This document shows, one piece after another, positions 38,340-51,348 of a DNA stretch of 64,000 nt. Within the stretch, counting starts at the first letter, position 1. The number at the start of each line of letters is the position of its first letter. The DNA is taken from NCBI RefSeq assembly GCF_009834535.1, contig NC_045696.1:55058001-55122000 (forward strand), in the 5' to 3' direction. A program made the translations under genes and the position numbers. The stretch is from Camelus ferus (lineage: Eukaryota). The notes under the pieces were generated by a model. The model did not search any database. It worked only from the letters and a program-made list of their open reading frames with translations, and was not told where the DNA came from.

Positions 38340-39452
38340 CTACCATACACACAGAAAAATATTTTGAGATAGATCTGAGTCTGAGACCTAAATGTGAAAG
38401 CTATAAATAATTAAGCTTCTAAAAGAAAACAATGAAGATTATAATCATGACCAGTAGATAGTCAGATTTCATAAACAAAATTCAAAATATACTGACCAAA
38501 AAAGAAAAGACTAACAAACTGAACTTCATTAAAATTAAGATCTTCTGTTCAGCAAAAGCACTATAAGAAAACTGAAGAGGTAAACTATGAATTGGAAAAA
38601 GATATCTCCAATACATAGAACCAAAAAAAAAAAAAAAGCAGGATACAGACAAGGAGACAAGAAGCATGTGGAAATGTGCTCATCTTTAATCATCAGAGAA
38701 AAGAAAAATAAAGCCACTGCACACTTGAATGTCTAAAATTGAAAAATCTAACAAATACCAAGGGTTGGCTATACGAGAGAAGAACAAAGACTCTCATACA
38801 TCGCTGGTGGAAGCATTAAATGCTAAAATAACTTTGAAAGACTTTTTCAGTATCCTTGAAAGTTAAATATGATTATACCCTAATGATATAGCAATTATAA
38901 TGCCACTTTTGGAAATATACCAACACATGTAAGTGCTATGTCTATCAAAAACATACATAAGAATGCTCATAGCAGCTTTATTCATAGTAACTAAAAACTG
39001 TAAATAGCCCATGTTCATCAACAGTAGAATGAATATGATATATTCATGTAATGGAATACTACATAGCAATACAAAAGAAAAAACTACTGATAGATAAAAC
39101 AATGGGTAAATCTCACAGCTATAATGTTGAGTAAAGGAAGTCAGACACAAGAGAGTACTCATTATATAAGTTAATTTGTAGAAAGTTCAGAAACATGTAA
39201 AATAATCTGTGGTGAAAGAGGTAAGTTATCCTTGAAGGAGGGAGGGTTTACTGACAGAGAAGGATCACAAATGAGTTTTCTGGGAACTAGAAATCTTAAT
39301 TTTATCTTAATTTTAGCAGTGGTTACACAGCTGTGTGTATGTATATGTTTACATATACCTACATGTGTATATAAAGAAGCATTACTTTTACATTTAAGAT
39401 TTATACACTTTACTGTATATAAATTCTTTGGCAATTATTAAAAAATAAATAT
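38340..39452 (+). mobile_element. L1ME-type 3' region
   Basis: AGACCTAAATGTGAAAG, AACTTCATTAAAATTAAGATCTTCTGTTCAGCAAAAG, ATAGCAGCTTTATTCATAGTAACTAAAAACTG. Confidence 0.85.
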
Positions 39453-40440
39453 AAGTGCTGGATATTTTCTCTAGGCCTACAGAATCAGAAGTTGCGCTGA
39501 GGGAGAGAAAGTATGTAAGCATATATACTTTCAAAAAGTTTTCCAGGTTATCCAGGTGATTCTGATACATGTCCTTGTTTACAAGGCACTTTATCTCTAG
39601 ACTCAGCTAACTCAAGCGCTGTGTGAAGAGTCAGCCCTCGTGGGTATAAGTTCTGGCTCTGCAAATAACAAGCTGAGTAACCTTGGATGATGCAGCCACA
39701 GGGAGAAAAAAAAAAAAAAAACGAATCTGGACTCGATGAGCTCTCAGGTCTCTTCCCACGCTAATGTTGTAAATCCTATGACATAAATCCATACCACCTG
39801 GCCAGTGCACACAAATAAACCCAGTACCAAAACCTAAGGGAAGTAGGTGGTTGAATAACAAAGATACAATTTCTATTATAGCCACCCTAAAGTTCTTTCA
39901 CTCTAAGTATATTTTACATACTTAAGATCTTAAGAAATTCACTCTTCTATATCATGTTTAGGCGCTAGTTAAATGGCAAATTCTTAAAAGATGGCAACAC
40001 ATTAAGCTATTATCAGTCATTAACATTTCATTATGGATGTGACAATAGATCATTTTCAATTTGACAGTTACCTAAAATTTTACCCTGTAAAAACAGGATG
40101 TAGCATTTTAGGCTTAGGTGTATAGTGGAAAGAACACGGATATGAAAAATGGAAATCTGCTTTCTACTCACATCTATGCCACTCATTAACTGTATCTTTG
40201 AATAGCTCCTCTCCTGCCTCTAGACCTCACACTGTCCATCAGTAAAGTGTAAGGATTGGAATAGATAACCCCTAAGTGTCCTGAGGACTGTATAATTTTG
40301 TGACTCTTCTTAGTTCCTGAAATGGGGGAGCTGAAAGGTAATCTTGAGTTCTGAATAAAGGCTCTGGTTTCCCGTCACTTAGAGAGAGAGAGCCACAAAA
40401 ACTAAGGATGGCGGCAAGAGGCCAATGAACACTGAGACCA

Positions 40441-40480
40441 GGTGTTGTGTGGTGTGTGTGTGTGTGTGTTGTGTATGTGT
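40441..40480. repeat. Imperfect (TG)n microsatellite
   Basis: Direct reading. Confidence 0.85.
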
Positions 40481-43002
40481 AAGGTCGGTTTGAGCCCTTA
40501 GGTGAGGGCAGGGCCCTTTACATGACCTTTGTGTATGTGCTGTCCAGAGTGCCACTCACAGAACACTGGCTGGCTGAGTGGTGGTGGGAGGAGGGAAGAG
40601 GAATATCCTGGCTTTGTTCCTTAGGACAATTCACGCAGGAGGTGTTTATAAACTGCTCTGAAAGTGCAGAGGGTAGCACCGGCTGATCAACCTTCAGAAG
40701 TATAGGGTCCTGATGGGCAATGCTCCCCTATTCTCTGCCCCTCACCCACCAGGGTTGCTCACCCCCTCAAGGAGGCACCAGGGCTGGGACAGGCAGGAAG
40801 AAGCCATTTTCCATGGCTTGGAGAAAGGCTGCAGTACTGAGGAGAGCTTTTAGGCCTTCATGAAGTGGTAAGAGAACAGCTCAGATGAGGGGAATCAAAT
40901 AGCCTCCTGGAAGTAATGGTGGAGGGGAAATTCAAGAGAGAGAACAAAGAAGGAGGCATGGTTTATAGAGGTCCTACCACGTGAGAAAGGGAAAATGAAA
41001 TCAGTCACATGACAGCCATCCAACCAAGAAGCCATGAACTTCACTTGGAACTTCACTTCATTCCTGGTTTTGTAATGAGACTGGAAAGGACCACATTTAT
41101 AATAAGGAGGCTCACTCAAAGTTAGGATGTTTGAACTTTGACTTCCGAACTCCAAAGAGACAATCTCAGGACAATGGTTGGGATAACAGGTTTTGATAAC
41201 TGAAAGAATTACAGATATACTGTCTTTCACACTGTGCCTTTCAGTCTTAGGAAGTCAGTCACTACATCATTTTCACGACCTCTTCTAAGAGGAAATACTG
41301 CTAGCTCAGGAGTCTCTGGGCCAGGAAATATAATTAGGTGGACCCATGTTTCCTAGGAACTGAATGGAAACCTACAATTTCAAGTAGTCCAGGAAATAGC
41401 CCTTCAGCTAATAGTGATACCAGGTTGCTACAAATCTCAGCCAAACAGGGAGCTCACCTAAAACTAGGGGAGAAAATCTTCCTTTATAGAAACCTGCCTC
41501 ATCCTCATTTGCTTTTAAGGGGCTCCTTCTCCCCCACCTCCTTTAAGGTTGGGATCTCCCCCCACCCCCTTAAAGAAATATTTAGCTTACACTTGTAATG
41601 AGCCTACTGGGGCCCTGCCTGCACACTGATGGTAATTTACGCTGAGTTATGCTTCAATTACCTCTGTGTTATAGCATACTGGTGAGGGCAGGCATTATGT
41701 CATGTCAGAGATACAGGCGAGAGAAAATACGGACGCCCCCATTACAGGCAGTGATGGAGCTGTTTTAATAATATTGGGGGAAAATGGAACATAAATGCCT
41801 TTCCAGCTGCACCATTACTACACATTAGCAACACCACGTGGCCGAAGTGAGGGGGAGAAGGCCCAAGGGAGGAAGGGGCTACAGGTGTGGTGGTTACTGG
41901 AGACTGTTCTCTGCATTTAGGAGGAGGCCAAAAGTCCTATAAAAACCTTCAAAACATTTGTTTTTTTTTTTCCTGTGAATAATGATCTTACCAAAGATAT
42001 AAAACATTAGCTTTTCAATAATAAAAAAAAATCTCATTTCTAGTGAGTTTTCCTTTTCATGTGAGAAGGATAACTCTTGCCTCTGCTCTCTTCTCCCTCC
42101 CGTTCTCTCTCCCTCATTTTCTCAGCCTCTTTATTTTCTTGACACAAATAGCAGTCATTGCTCAGAGAATGTGTGGAATTAGGCTGCTTTGTAATTCAAA
42201 CCTTTTATTTCGGTTACCCTTCTGTACTAAGGAGAAAAATATGTATTGACTAAGTGGCCTTGTTATGGATGTTTCCAATTGTGAATGGAAGGGTGGTCCC
42301 ACCCCCACCCCCATACACACAAACCTTTCCAAACCATGACTCTGTTTATCACTTACAATGGAATTTAGCTAATGCTAATTTCTAGCTTTTACTTTTCTCA
42401 AATAGTGGGGAAAGACATATACAGATATTTTTCTTGGCACAACTGGTTCCTTTAAAAACCAGAAGTGGCACACATGAGAAGCCACAGGCTGGTGATGATC
42501 TGTGCTTTGACGATTGGTGGTTGGCAGGTGGGGAGCTTGAGGAAATACAGAAAGAAAGATGAGGATGCAGACGGCATTGGTGATTGGTCAGGTGTGCATC
42601 CAACAGCTGCTTAACTTCGGTCAGTTAAAACAAATACACTCAGTGAGAATGGCCTCTTAATTGACCAAAGAAGAATGGGTTCAGTAACTAAAATAAATAG
42701 TATATGTGGTTAGTCTAACTTTCCTCTAATTAAAATGACAGTGTAAACCTAAAATAGAAAGAACAACATGAAACATAGCAACATGCACAGAAAATACACT
42801 GGGAAATAGAGTTTTAAACTAGCTGGGGTTGGGGAAGATTCATGCTAAAGAAAGATAACTGTGTATGTTTGTTTAATGAGCTTTTTTCTTCTTGTAGATA
42901 TAATTCAAAATTGCTGGAGAAAATTTGAAAATTTCATGTAAATATAAGAAAGCACCTCAGTTATCATTTCAGTTATTTCAATCAATTTTTTATGATTATA
43001 TC

Positions 43003-43439
43003 TGTCCACTGAAAAAAATGCACAACCTAAAGGTTGAATTATGTTTTATTTGGTGGACACTTCTGAGGAGTTAAGCCTGGAATACAGCCTCCCAGATCAC
43101 TCTGAGGGACTGCTCTAAAGAGACAGAGGAGGAGCCAGGATATACAGGAGTTTTTGCAACAAAGACCAGGTAGTCAGAACATCAAACTGTTAAAGAAAAC
43201 CAGATATCTCAAGTTAAGGAATTTAGCACTTTTCTGTGTATGGGAAGGTACAAATGTCTGGACTCACTGAAATCATTCCTTTGATATGCACCGTAGCAAA
43301 CGAACAAGGGTCAGTATCCTGTTCTTCCACATCCTGAGTTCCCTCAGGGGGCACCACTGGGGGTGGTGGCAGTGGCCGATGGCTGATGGCTACAGCATCC
43401 TTTGTTTACTGATATGGCAAGCAGTAATTTCCATTCACA
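43003..43439 (-). mobile_element. Solo ERV1-class LTR (family A), inverted relative to 9003-9451
   Basis: TG...CA termini, TSD TATC (42999-43002 and 43440-43443); reverse complement aligns along the 9003 LTR (e.g. CATATCAAAGGAAT, CAGTAAACA). Confidence 0.9.
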
Positions 43440-43590
43440 TATCTAATGTTTTGACAAAACCATTCATTTATTCATTAAACAAATATCATTGAGCATCTAC
43501 TCCGCAATGAACACTGTTTCATTCAATATGAAATGAAGACATCTAGTGAACACAACAGACGTGGTGAATATCCTCCCAGAGCCTACATCC

Positions 43591-43966
43591 TGTTGGCCAT
43601 CTTAGAAACATGACAACATGGCCAAAATGGAGTCACTAAGCCCCACGTCACCAAACTGAGACTTAATTACATTTTCAGCTCTCCCAGAAATGGAATCTTG
43701 AACCACTCAATCAGGAATCACCTGATCAGCGCTAGTTAGGTTTTCTGCCTGATAGACCCCTACCATCCCCTAAAGGAAAGTGCCTTTGCGATAACCAATC
43801 CACTTTTTTGCTTATTCCCACTCCCTTTTGCCTACAAAAATCTCTCACTGTGTATAGCTCCTCGGAGCTCCTTTCTATCTGCAAGATTGGATGTTGCCCA
43901 GTTCAAACTGAGTTTTGCTCATTATATACTCTTAATTTTTAGTATGCCTCCATTTATCTTTTAATA
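43591..43966 (+). mobile_element. Solo ERV1-class LTR (family B) inserted in an antisense L2
   Basis: Collinear with 11128-11503 (ATGGAGTC, ACGTCACCA, CAGAAATGGAATCT, CTAGTTAGG, TTTCTATCTGC.AGATTGGATG); L2 sequence resumes on both sides; left edge approximate. Confidence 0.85.
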
Positions 43967-44725
43967 GCAGAAACCGACAATAAACAAAACAATTATCTGC
44001 AGTTTGTGATGTATTCGAGGAAGCAACATGTGTCAGAGCACAATAGAGAAACAACTTTAGAAAGTCTTCAGAGAAATCAGGATTCTATTGTACATGTGAT
44101 TTTGCATCCTGCCACATTTACTTAACAGAGTGCTGGGAATATTCTTGTCACTAAATACTCTGAAAACATTTTTAATAGCTGGATGGTATGTCTTTTAAAC
44201 AAACCTTAATTTATCTGTTGCTCTCTTCTTTGTGTTTTTCTTCCATGGCTTTGTGCTGAGAAAAAGTTTTTTGCCTGAATGTTTGTTAAGTAGTCATCTG
44301 TGGTTTCCTTTTTAAATTGTTGTTAGATGTATTTAATGTTTTAAATTCATCTGAAATGTATCTGGATATAAATGGCAGAAAAAATAAATTAGGGTTTTCC
44401 ACATAAACAAAGTTAAAATAACAATTCCTGAGTCATGCAGTTTCCTCATTATTTTATGATGCACTATTTGTCATACATCAAGTATTTAAATATAGTACAG
44501 TTTATTCCAGGATTATAAATTCTGTTGATCTATCTGTAGACTGGATCTTTAGATCCACTGAAGGATTTAAAATTCCTTTAGCTGTATGATCAATTTTAGG
44601 GTCCAGAAGGACAAATCCCCTGTTTCATTTTTCGATTTTTCTCAGCTGTATTCCTACCAGTTTGTTTTCCAGATGAATTTCAGAATTATTTTTAAGATTA
44701 GCTACAAAAAAGAAATATTAATAGA

Positions 44726-44921
44726 CAGACTTACTCCTCACTATCCACAGATTCCATATTTGCAAATTCACCTATTCACTAAAATTTGTTTGTAACCCCC
44801 AAATCAATTCTCAGGGCAGTTTCAGGGTTATCTGCAGATTTGAGGGGAGCAGGGAATTCAGAATTCTCTAAATCAACGTTCATAGCAACTCTACATAACT
44901 ATCATAAATGACAATCAACTG
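44726..44921. mobile_element. MER82-like TcMar-Tigger MITE, internally deleted
   Basis: CAGATTCCATATTTGCAAATTCACCTATTCACTAAAATTTGTTTGTAACCCC and terminal CAATCAACTG followed by TA. Confidence 0.75.
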
Positions 44922-46009
44922 TACTTTTACAGCTCTTGCTTTAAATCAACATATTGAGAAGGAATCACTTCTTTGAAATAAATACCTCTCATGTAGAAAT
45001 GTGATGTTTCATAATTTCTTTCATAAGACCCTACTCATTTATTCTGCTCTCTCCCAGGCATCGTATTTTTCTTAATTGCTACTGTGAATGGAATTATTTT
45101 TCTCTTATATTTTCTAATAAACTATTCCCAGTTTACAGAAGAGCTACTGGATTTCATAAAATTATTTTTCACCTAGTTGTTTTACAAAACTCTTATTAAT
45201 TATCATAATTTGAAGTTGATTTTTCTTCAAAATAAAATATTGTGCAAACATGTACTAATTATAATTCCTATCCCAATAGTTTCGCCTCTTTTTCCTGGTT
45301 TTTCATCTTGTTTTACTGGAAAGAACTTTTAGAGCAGTCAATTTTCTCTTATTCTTGATTAAAATGGGACTATTTCTACTGTTTTGCATTCAGGTATAGA
45401 GTTGGATCATGTTTAAATGTTAAGAAATGTTTTCCAAGAGTTGTGAGGGAATGGGTGATGAATGTAATCAGAAGCCTACTCAATATTTCTTGAGATAATC
45501 ACTTTCCCTTTTGGTCTCAATCTAATTAATTGATCTATTAATATTATAGTCACCATTATATTCTAAATATAAATCTTACAACACATTTATGAATTTTATT
45601 TAATGTATATTAGGATTCAATTTACTCATAGGTTACTTAGGTTTTGCCTCTCTGTATAGACGAGTTTTTATTTAAAAATGAAAATACAAATAGCTATGTG
45701 GTTTAGGTGTTTATTACTTTTTTTTATTCTTGCTATCACTTAGGTTTTGTTATCCAAATCTGATAATTTTATTACATGAAATCAGTAACTTTATATCTTT
45801 TTAAAAATTCTACTCCCTAAATTTTTGGAAAAAAAGACCTGGCATACATATAAACATTGGAATCTATAATTTAAAAAATATGTTTCTATGAAAATTTTTC
45901 AATTTTCATAATTTGTAATGGGTCCAGCCTTTCTCCTAGGCAATTGTGGTAATTAGTATTTGGCGGTAAATAGTTTATTTAATTTATATTTTCACATTTA
46001 TTATCATTG

Positions 46010-46379
46010 TGCTGTAGTCTGAATGCACACCCCCTCAAATTCACATGTTGAAAACCTAATGCCCGAGGTGACGGTATTAGGAGATGGGGGCTTTTGGGAG
46101 GTGATTAGGTCACGTGAGCAGAGCCCTCATGAATGGAATTAGTGTCTTTATAAGAGAGACTCAGAGGGAGATTTCAGCCTTCTACCTGTGGCCTCCAAGC
46201 GAGGCCAAAATGAGAAGTTGGTAGTCTGCAGCCCAGAAAGGGGTTTCATCAGAACCCACCCGTGCTGGCACCCTGATCTTGGCCTTCCAGCCTCCAGACC
46301 AATAAGAAATAAATTCCTGTTGTTTATAAGCCACATAGTCTGCAGCATTTTGTTTTAGTGACCTGAAAGGACTAAAACA
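46010..46379 (+). mobile_element. MLT1A-like MaLR LTR
   Basis: CAAATTCACATGTTGAAA...GCTGGCACCCTGATCTTGG.CTTCCAGCCTCCAGA...GACTAAAACA. Confidence 0.9.
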
Positions 46380-48044
46380 TGTAATACATATAGTATCATT
46401 TGCTAATTTAAAAAAATTTCTTGTCTTTTTAAAACTCCCTTTCTCATGTCTAGTTTTTGTTTTATTTTATTTTATTTTTTATTATTTTTAATCAGTTTTG
46501 CCACAGCATGTCTATTTGTCTGGTTTAAAAATGACTACATTTACTTAGGGAGAATAGCCTCGAGAATCCTTTTGAGAACAGTTGAGAACATTCTTTAATA
46601 AAGGAGCAGGCATGAATGGGAAGATAAAAGTCCAAGGGTGGGCGCAGCCCAGTGAAGGGGATGAAGACAGCCCTCTGAGTTGGGGGGAGCCGACACACTC
46701 GTTCCTCTGCAGGCACAGAGGCAACGGATGAGGAATTGCAGGCACGGTTATGAAACGCGATCATGAGTGGGCACCTGTAACGGTGATAAATGGTGTGCCA
46801 CTTGAAAATTTTGAACAAGATGTGGAAGGACCCACATTATGCAGTTTTAAATTACTCTAGGAGGAATTCATGAAACCGCTGAGCAATCCAGGCTGGAAGG
46901 CTTTCCAGGAGGCTAATAAAGTCCTGGCTGAAAGAATGAGTAAAAAGAAACATATAAGATCCCACGATTCTAGTGGGATAGAAAGTTACACTGCTTATCC
47001 AAAACGGAGATATTCATCTGACAAGTATGAAGGTGCTCATGGGGATGCTTGGACAGCATATTTGGAAGTGTACCTGTCCCCCAAATCAGGGACATTCTTT
47101 GGGTTTCTGAAGTATGAAAAGTCAGTGCTACACAACTTCCCAAGCTAGGACTTTGAGAAGTTCTGCCCAATAAAACAGTGTCTGAAACATATGGGACATA
47201 GAAGAGAGAAAAATAGAAATTTGCCCCAAAGTTTTATAAAACAATGAAGAAGAAAACTGGGAAAGGCTGAAAGTTTAATGGGGACAAAATGAAGAACTTA
47301 CTAAGTTTTTGGGAATCTGCATGTAATTCCACACCGAGCTGCCCCGAGGAGGCTACCAAGCAACAGTAGGAGCGGAGGGAGGTGTGAAGTTAAGAATTAG
47401 AAAATAAAATAATCATAGCTTTATGAATAATAATAATACCCCCTATTATTATCCTCTGGCTATCATTTTTTGAGCAACATTATTGTGCTGCAGATGAAGT
47501 GCTATTTTACATGCCTTATCTAGTGACATTTTCCCAATGACACTAGAAGGTATATTTTACTACCCACACTTTAGAAAAGGAAACTGAGGCTTGATGAGTC
47601 AAAATAACTTGATCCAGTCCATACAGACAATGACTGGAAGATGCAGTATCCAAACCCAAGGCTTTCAACTGCAGATCCTAAGTTCTTAATCACCAATTCA
47701 CCGTCATTCACATCAGGTAGAAGCTTACACCAGAAAAGAGGAAACAAGTAAACTATCTTAGGAAGATAAAAGGCAGTAGGGTTGAGATCTCAAGCAGAAT
47801 TCATGAGCAGAAGAGAAAGAAGAGCTGCCAAGTAGTCCCTATATAGCTACAAATGAATGAAACACAGAGAAAGCTTAGAAATTAAGTCTTTTCAGTTGTA
47901 CTATTACAATGGAGTGACACTCAGTATTCATCCTATCAGATTAAAAATAAAAATAAACATGATTATGTTGATATACATCTATGCAATCACATATGACATA
48001 CAAAAATAATAAAAGAATAGATGTTGAAGATACCAGCTCATAAA

Positions 48045-48900
48045 TACGTTCATTTATTGAGCAAATATTTATTAAGCATTTACCATTGGCCAGACCCAGT
48101 TCCAGGAGTTGTGGTTTTAATAGCAACTATGAAGAGATATGTTATCCAGGTGGAGTTCACTGAGTAGTCAAGACTAAGACATCAATCAATAACCACACAA
48201 ATAAATGTATGATTACAAATGGTCTCATACGTCATGGAAGAGCAGAGCTATATAAACAGGCGCACAGGACTTAGTCTGGCAAGTTAGAGGAGTCTTTCCA
48301 GAGGAAATGTCATTTGTGTCAAGAGTGGGAATGACCAGGGAAGTGAAGAGGATGGATGTCCTAAGCAGTGGACCAGTGCGCAGACATCCGGAGGCCGGGG
48401 AAGCACTGCAGGTTTGAATAAGAGAAAGGCTGTGTGGCTGGTGCGCAGAGTCAAGGGGAGAGCAGACGGGGCTGGACTGTACTTCCTGCGGGGCCTCGCA
48501 GGCCACGTGAAGGGATCTGCCTGTTATTCTAACAGCAGCGAGGGAGGGGCTAGAGGTGACGTGACGGAGAAGTTTTCATCAGGACAACGTGTTCAGACTG
48601 AGCATTAAAAAGATCTGAGCTGCTTCAGCGTAGAGACAGGACAGGAGGGCCCGAGTGGGCGTTGGAGTCCCAGGAAAGTGTGTTGTGGCGCGCCAGTGAG
48701 ACGACAGCCCCTTGGACCGGAGGGGTGGCTGTGCTGGTGGAAAGGGAAGAAATGACAGATTGCAGACACTGAGAAGGGAAAGCCAGCAGAGCCTAGGAGA
48801 GTTTAGCTAAAAGGATGAGGTGGAAGGAAAAGGAAACATCCAAGACTAGTTTCATGGTTGGCAAAATCGGATCAATGATGGTACCATTCATCAAGATAAG
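48045..48900 (-). mobile_element. L2 LINE (L2a/b-like), centre unusually CpG-rich
   Basis: TTCATTTATTGAGCAAATATTTATTAAGCATTTAC start; collinear L2 body. Confidence 0.8.
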
Positions 48901-50404
48901 AATATTTTATTAAATTCTTACTCTGGGCTGAGGACCTTACCTAGCTTTTGTGTTGTTGTTGCTTTCCCTCAGGTGTGCGGGTCAGTACTGACTCCATAAA
49001 TTATCATGTTAGGCACATTTTACCGTGTAAACCTCACCATTCCACTGCCAGTCCCCTCAGTCCTGCAAGATCACTGTGGGATAGGCAATGCTATTATCAC
49101 ATTTTGTAAATGAACTAAAACTGAAAGGAAAGGTAACTTGCTCAGAGCCACACAACTGTGGCCCACAGAGGTTTGTCTTACTCCAGAAAACACAATATCC
49201 CTCTATACCTGCATATGATTAAATGCCAGCAGACCGGTCCAGGTCTCACCTGCACTACAGGCGTCAAGAAAGGGATGAGTAGGGATAGTGCGATCTAGTA
49301 GGAGGTAAGAGTGGGACAGACTGGGCTACAAGGAACCTGACTGAAAATTATAGCCCAGAAATAAGGAAATAAATAGATATTTTCAATAAAACAAAATATT
49401 TTGGCTTTTACTCTTAAATGAATGTGTAGTCAACTTTTATAGTAATTTTGGAAACTTTTACACAGCTTTTAATAAATATCTCAGAATTCAGGCTTTGGAT
49501 GATTTATTACTTTCCCAAAGTCTCACTTGAAAGAATCTCTTGATATCAAAATATAGATGTTTTGTGACAAATGGAGGAAAAAAATAGAATGAGAACAGAT
49601 TCTAAAGCTTCCAGAAGATATTTTTCAAAGCCTGCTTCACATAAAAATCGTGCCTATGTTTTTATGTATTTCTTTCCTCCCCGGATATTCCTTTTCCTTC
49701 CTCCTCTCCCTGGTCTCAACCAGAGCTTGTAGTCCCACGAGTCATCCCCAGGAAAAAACATCTGAAAGCCGGTTTATCACTCCCACAATTACCCAGCAAA
49801 TGAGGAGAGATTTAGGGCCTTTTCCCCACTGCTTCCCCTTCTCTCATGAGGAAATCAAGCCCTGCCAGTGCTGGTTCACTTCTCCCTCATCTCAGGCAGG
49901 ACACAGCAAGGCAATACATTTTCATCAAGGCTCAAGCTCCATCATGCTCTAGAGAATCGGGGTTTAACGTAATTTATGGGGAGCCACTTCCAAGGGAGAT
50001 CAGGGAAACTCTAGTTTAATTGGGGTGATCTGGAAGGCTCGGCCTCTGTCAATGAGCAAGGAGAAGGTGCTGCAAGAATAGAAATAGGAATCACTCCACG
50101 CGCCCTCCTTATTCTATACACTTTTTCTCAGAAGCTCCCGGATGTGTTTCTTTGTACCGATTCTCTGCTCCTCTTACTTTTGTTCGTAATCTTTATCTGA
50201 TTCTCTCCTGTTGTTTATCAAATATGTGTATTGAGAGGTATAACTCCTTCCCAGGAGCGGGAGCCATCCCCTTTCTCACCTGTGCCTTCCCATCTTGCCT
50301 CACAAACGCCCCAGAGGGAACAGGTGGGGAGGAGCTTGGCGATGTGGTGCTGCTACCCTCACCAAGTGAAAAGCAGCTCTAATTATGTCTATAATACTAA
50401 TTAA

Positions 50405-51005
50405 ATTAATTCAACAAATATTTATTGAGGACTTACCATATGCTAGACACTCTTCTATGCATTAAGGATAAGTAAAACAGATTATACTCCAGTGAGGGAA
50501 TAAATAGAAACAAAATTAAAAAGGAAAATATATAGTATGTTCTTTGGTGATAAGCACTATTTAGAAAAGTCAAATAAGAAAGAGGGCAGGGAATAAAGGG
50601 AGAGGAAAGTTGATCTTAAATACCATGGTTGAGAACATTCAGAACGTGTTCAGACTGAGCAGGTATCACTTAAGTGAGGAGGTATCATTTAAGCAAAGAT
50701 CTCAAGCAGGTGAGGGAATGAGTCATGGCTGTGTAAGGGAACAGTGTCCCAGGCAGAGGGAATAGCTCATGCAAAGGTCCTGAAGCAGCAGAATGCCTTA
50801 ATTGTTTAAGGAACGGCCGGGATCCCAATGTGAATGGAGTCAAAGGGTGAGTGAGGCAGCAGGATATGACGTGTGAAGCCGGGGACAGATCATACTGGGC
50901 TGTGTGGGCCACTGTAAGGGACTTTTTGACTTTGACTCTGACATGAAAACCATTCATGTTTTGAGCAGAGAAGTAACATAATCTGACTGAAGTTTGAACA
51001 GAGTC
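50405..51005 (-). mobile_element. L2 LINE (L2a-like)
   Basis: ATTCAACAAATATTTATTGAG..., CCAGGCAGAGGGAATAGC..TGCAAAGGTCCTGA, GGCCACTGTAAGGGACTTT. Confidence 0.88.
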
Positions 51006-51348
51006 AGTCAGTATAAGCTAAGAATATCCTCAGAGTAAACAGTAAAATTTATTCAGGCTGAAGAGTATTTAGATTCTTCACTGTGCCAGATACTGTGTAG
51101 GAGACAAAACTGTGTAAGAAAGTACCTGCTTTTTCAAGGAGCTGGAAATCTCTCAGGGGGATAACAGGCCAAATATTTGAAAAGTAGTCAGTGCTGCGGA
51201 GAGATGAGAGATCACACTCCCGAGGAAAGTCCTCTGAACCCTTAAGAAGGAGGCTAACAGGAATCTTCCTGAATAGTTTCAGCAGAGAGGAAGGGAAGGA
51301 GCCAAGATTTCAAGGAGGGAAGTGAGTGAAGGAGAAGGATTAGCCAAA

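Larger units (their letters stand above)
44090..46540 (-). mobile_element. Highly decayed antisense L1 region with nested Tigger and MLT1
   Basis: T-rich; TTCCAGATGAATTTCAGAATTATTTT, ATTGCTACTGTGAATGGAATT, CAATATTTCTTGAGATAATCA. Confidence 0.65.

Noticed and set aside
11128..43966. One giant provirus bounded by the two family-B LTRs
   Set aside because: 32 kb apart, clearly diverged, no shared TSD, the interval holds much older MIR/L2 DNA, and the right LTR interrupts a continuous L2.
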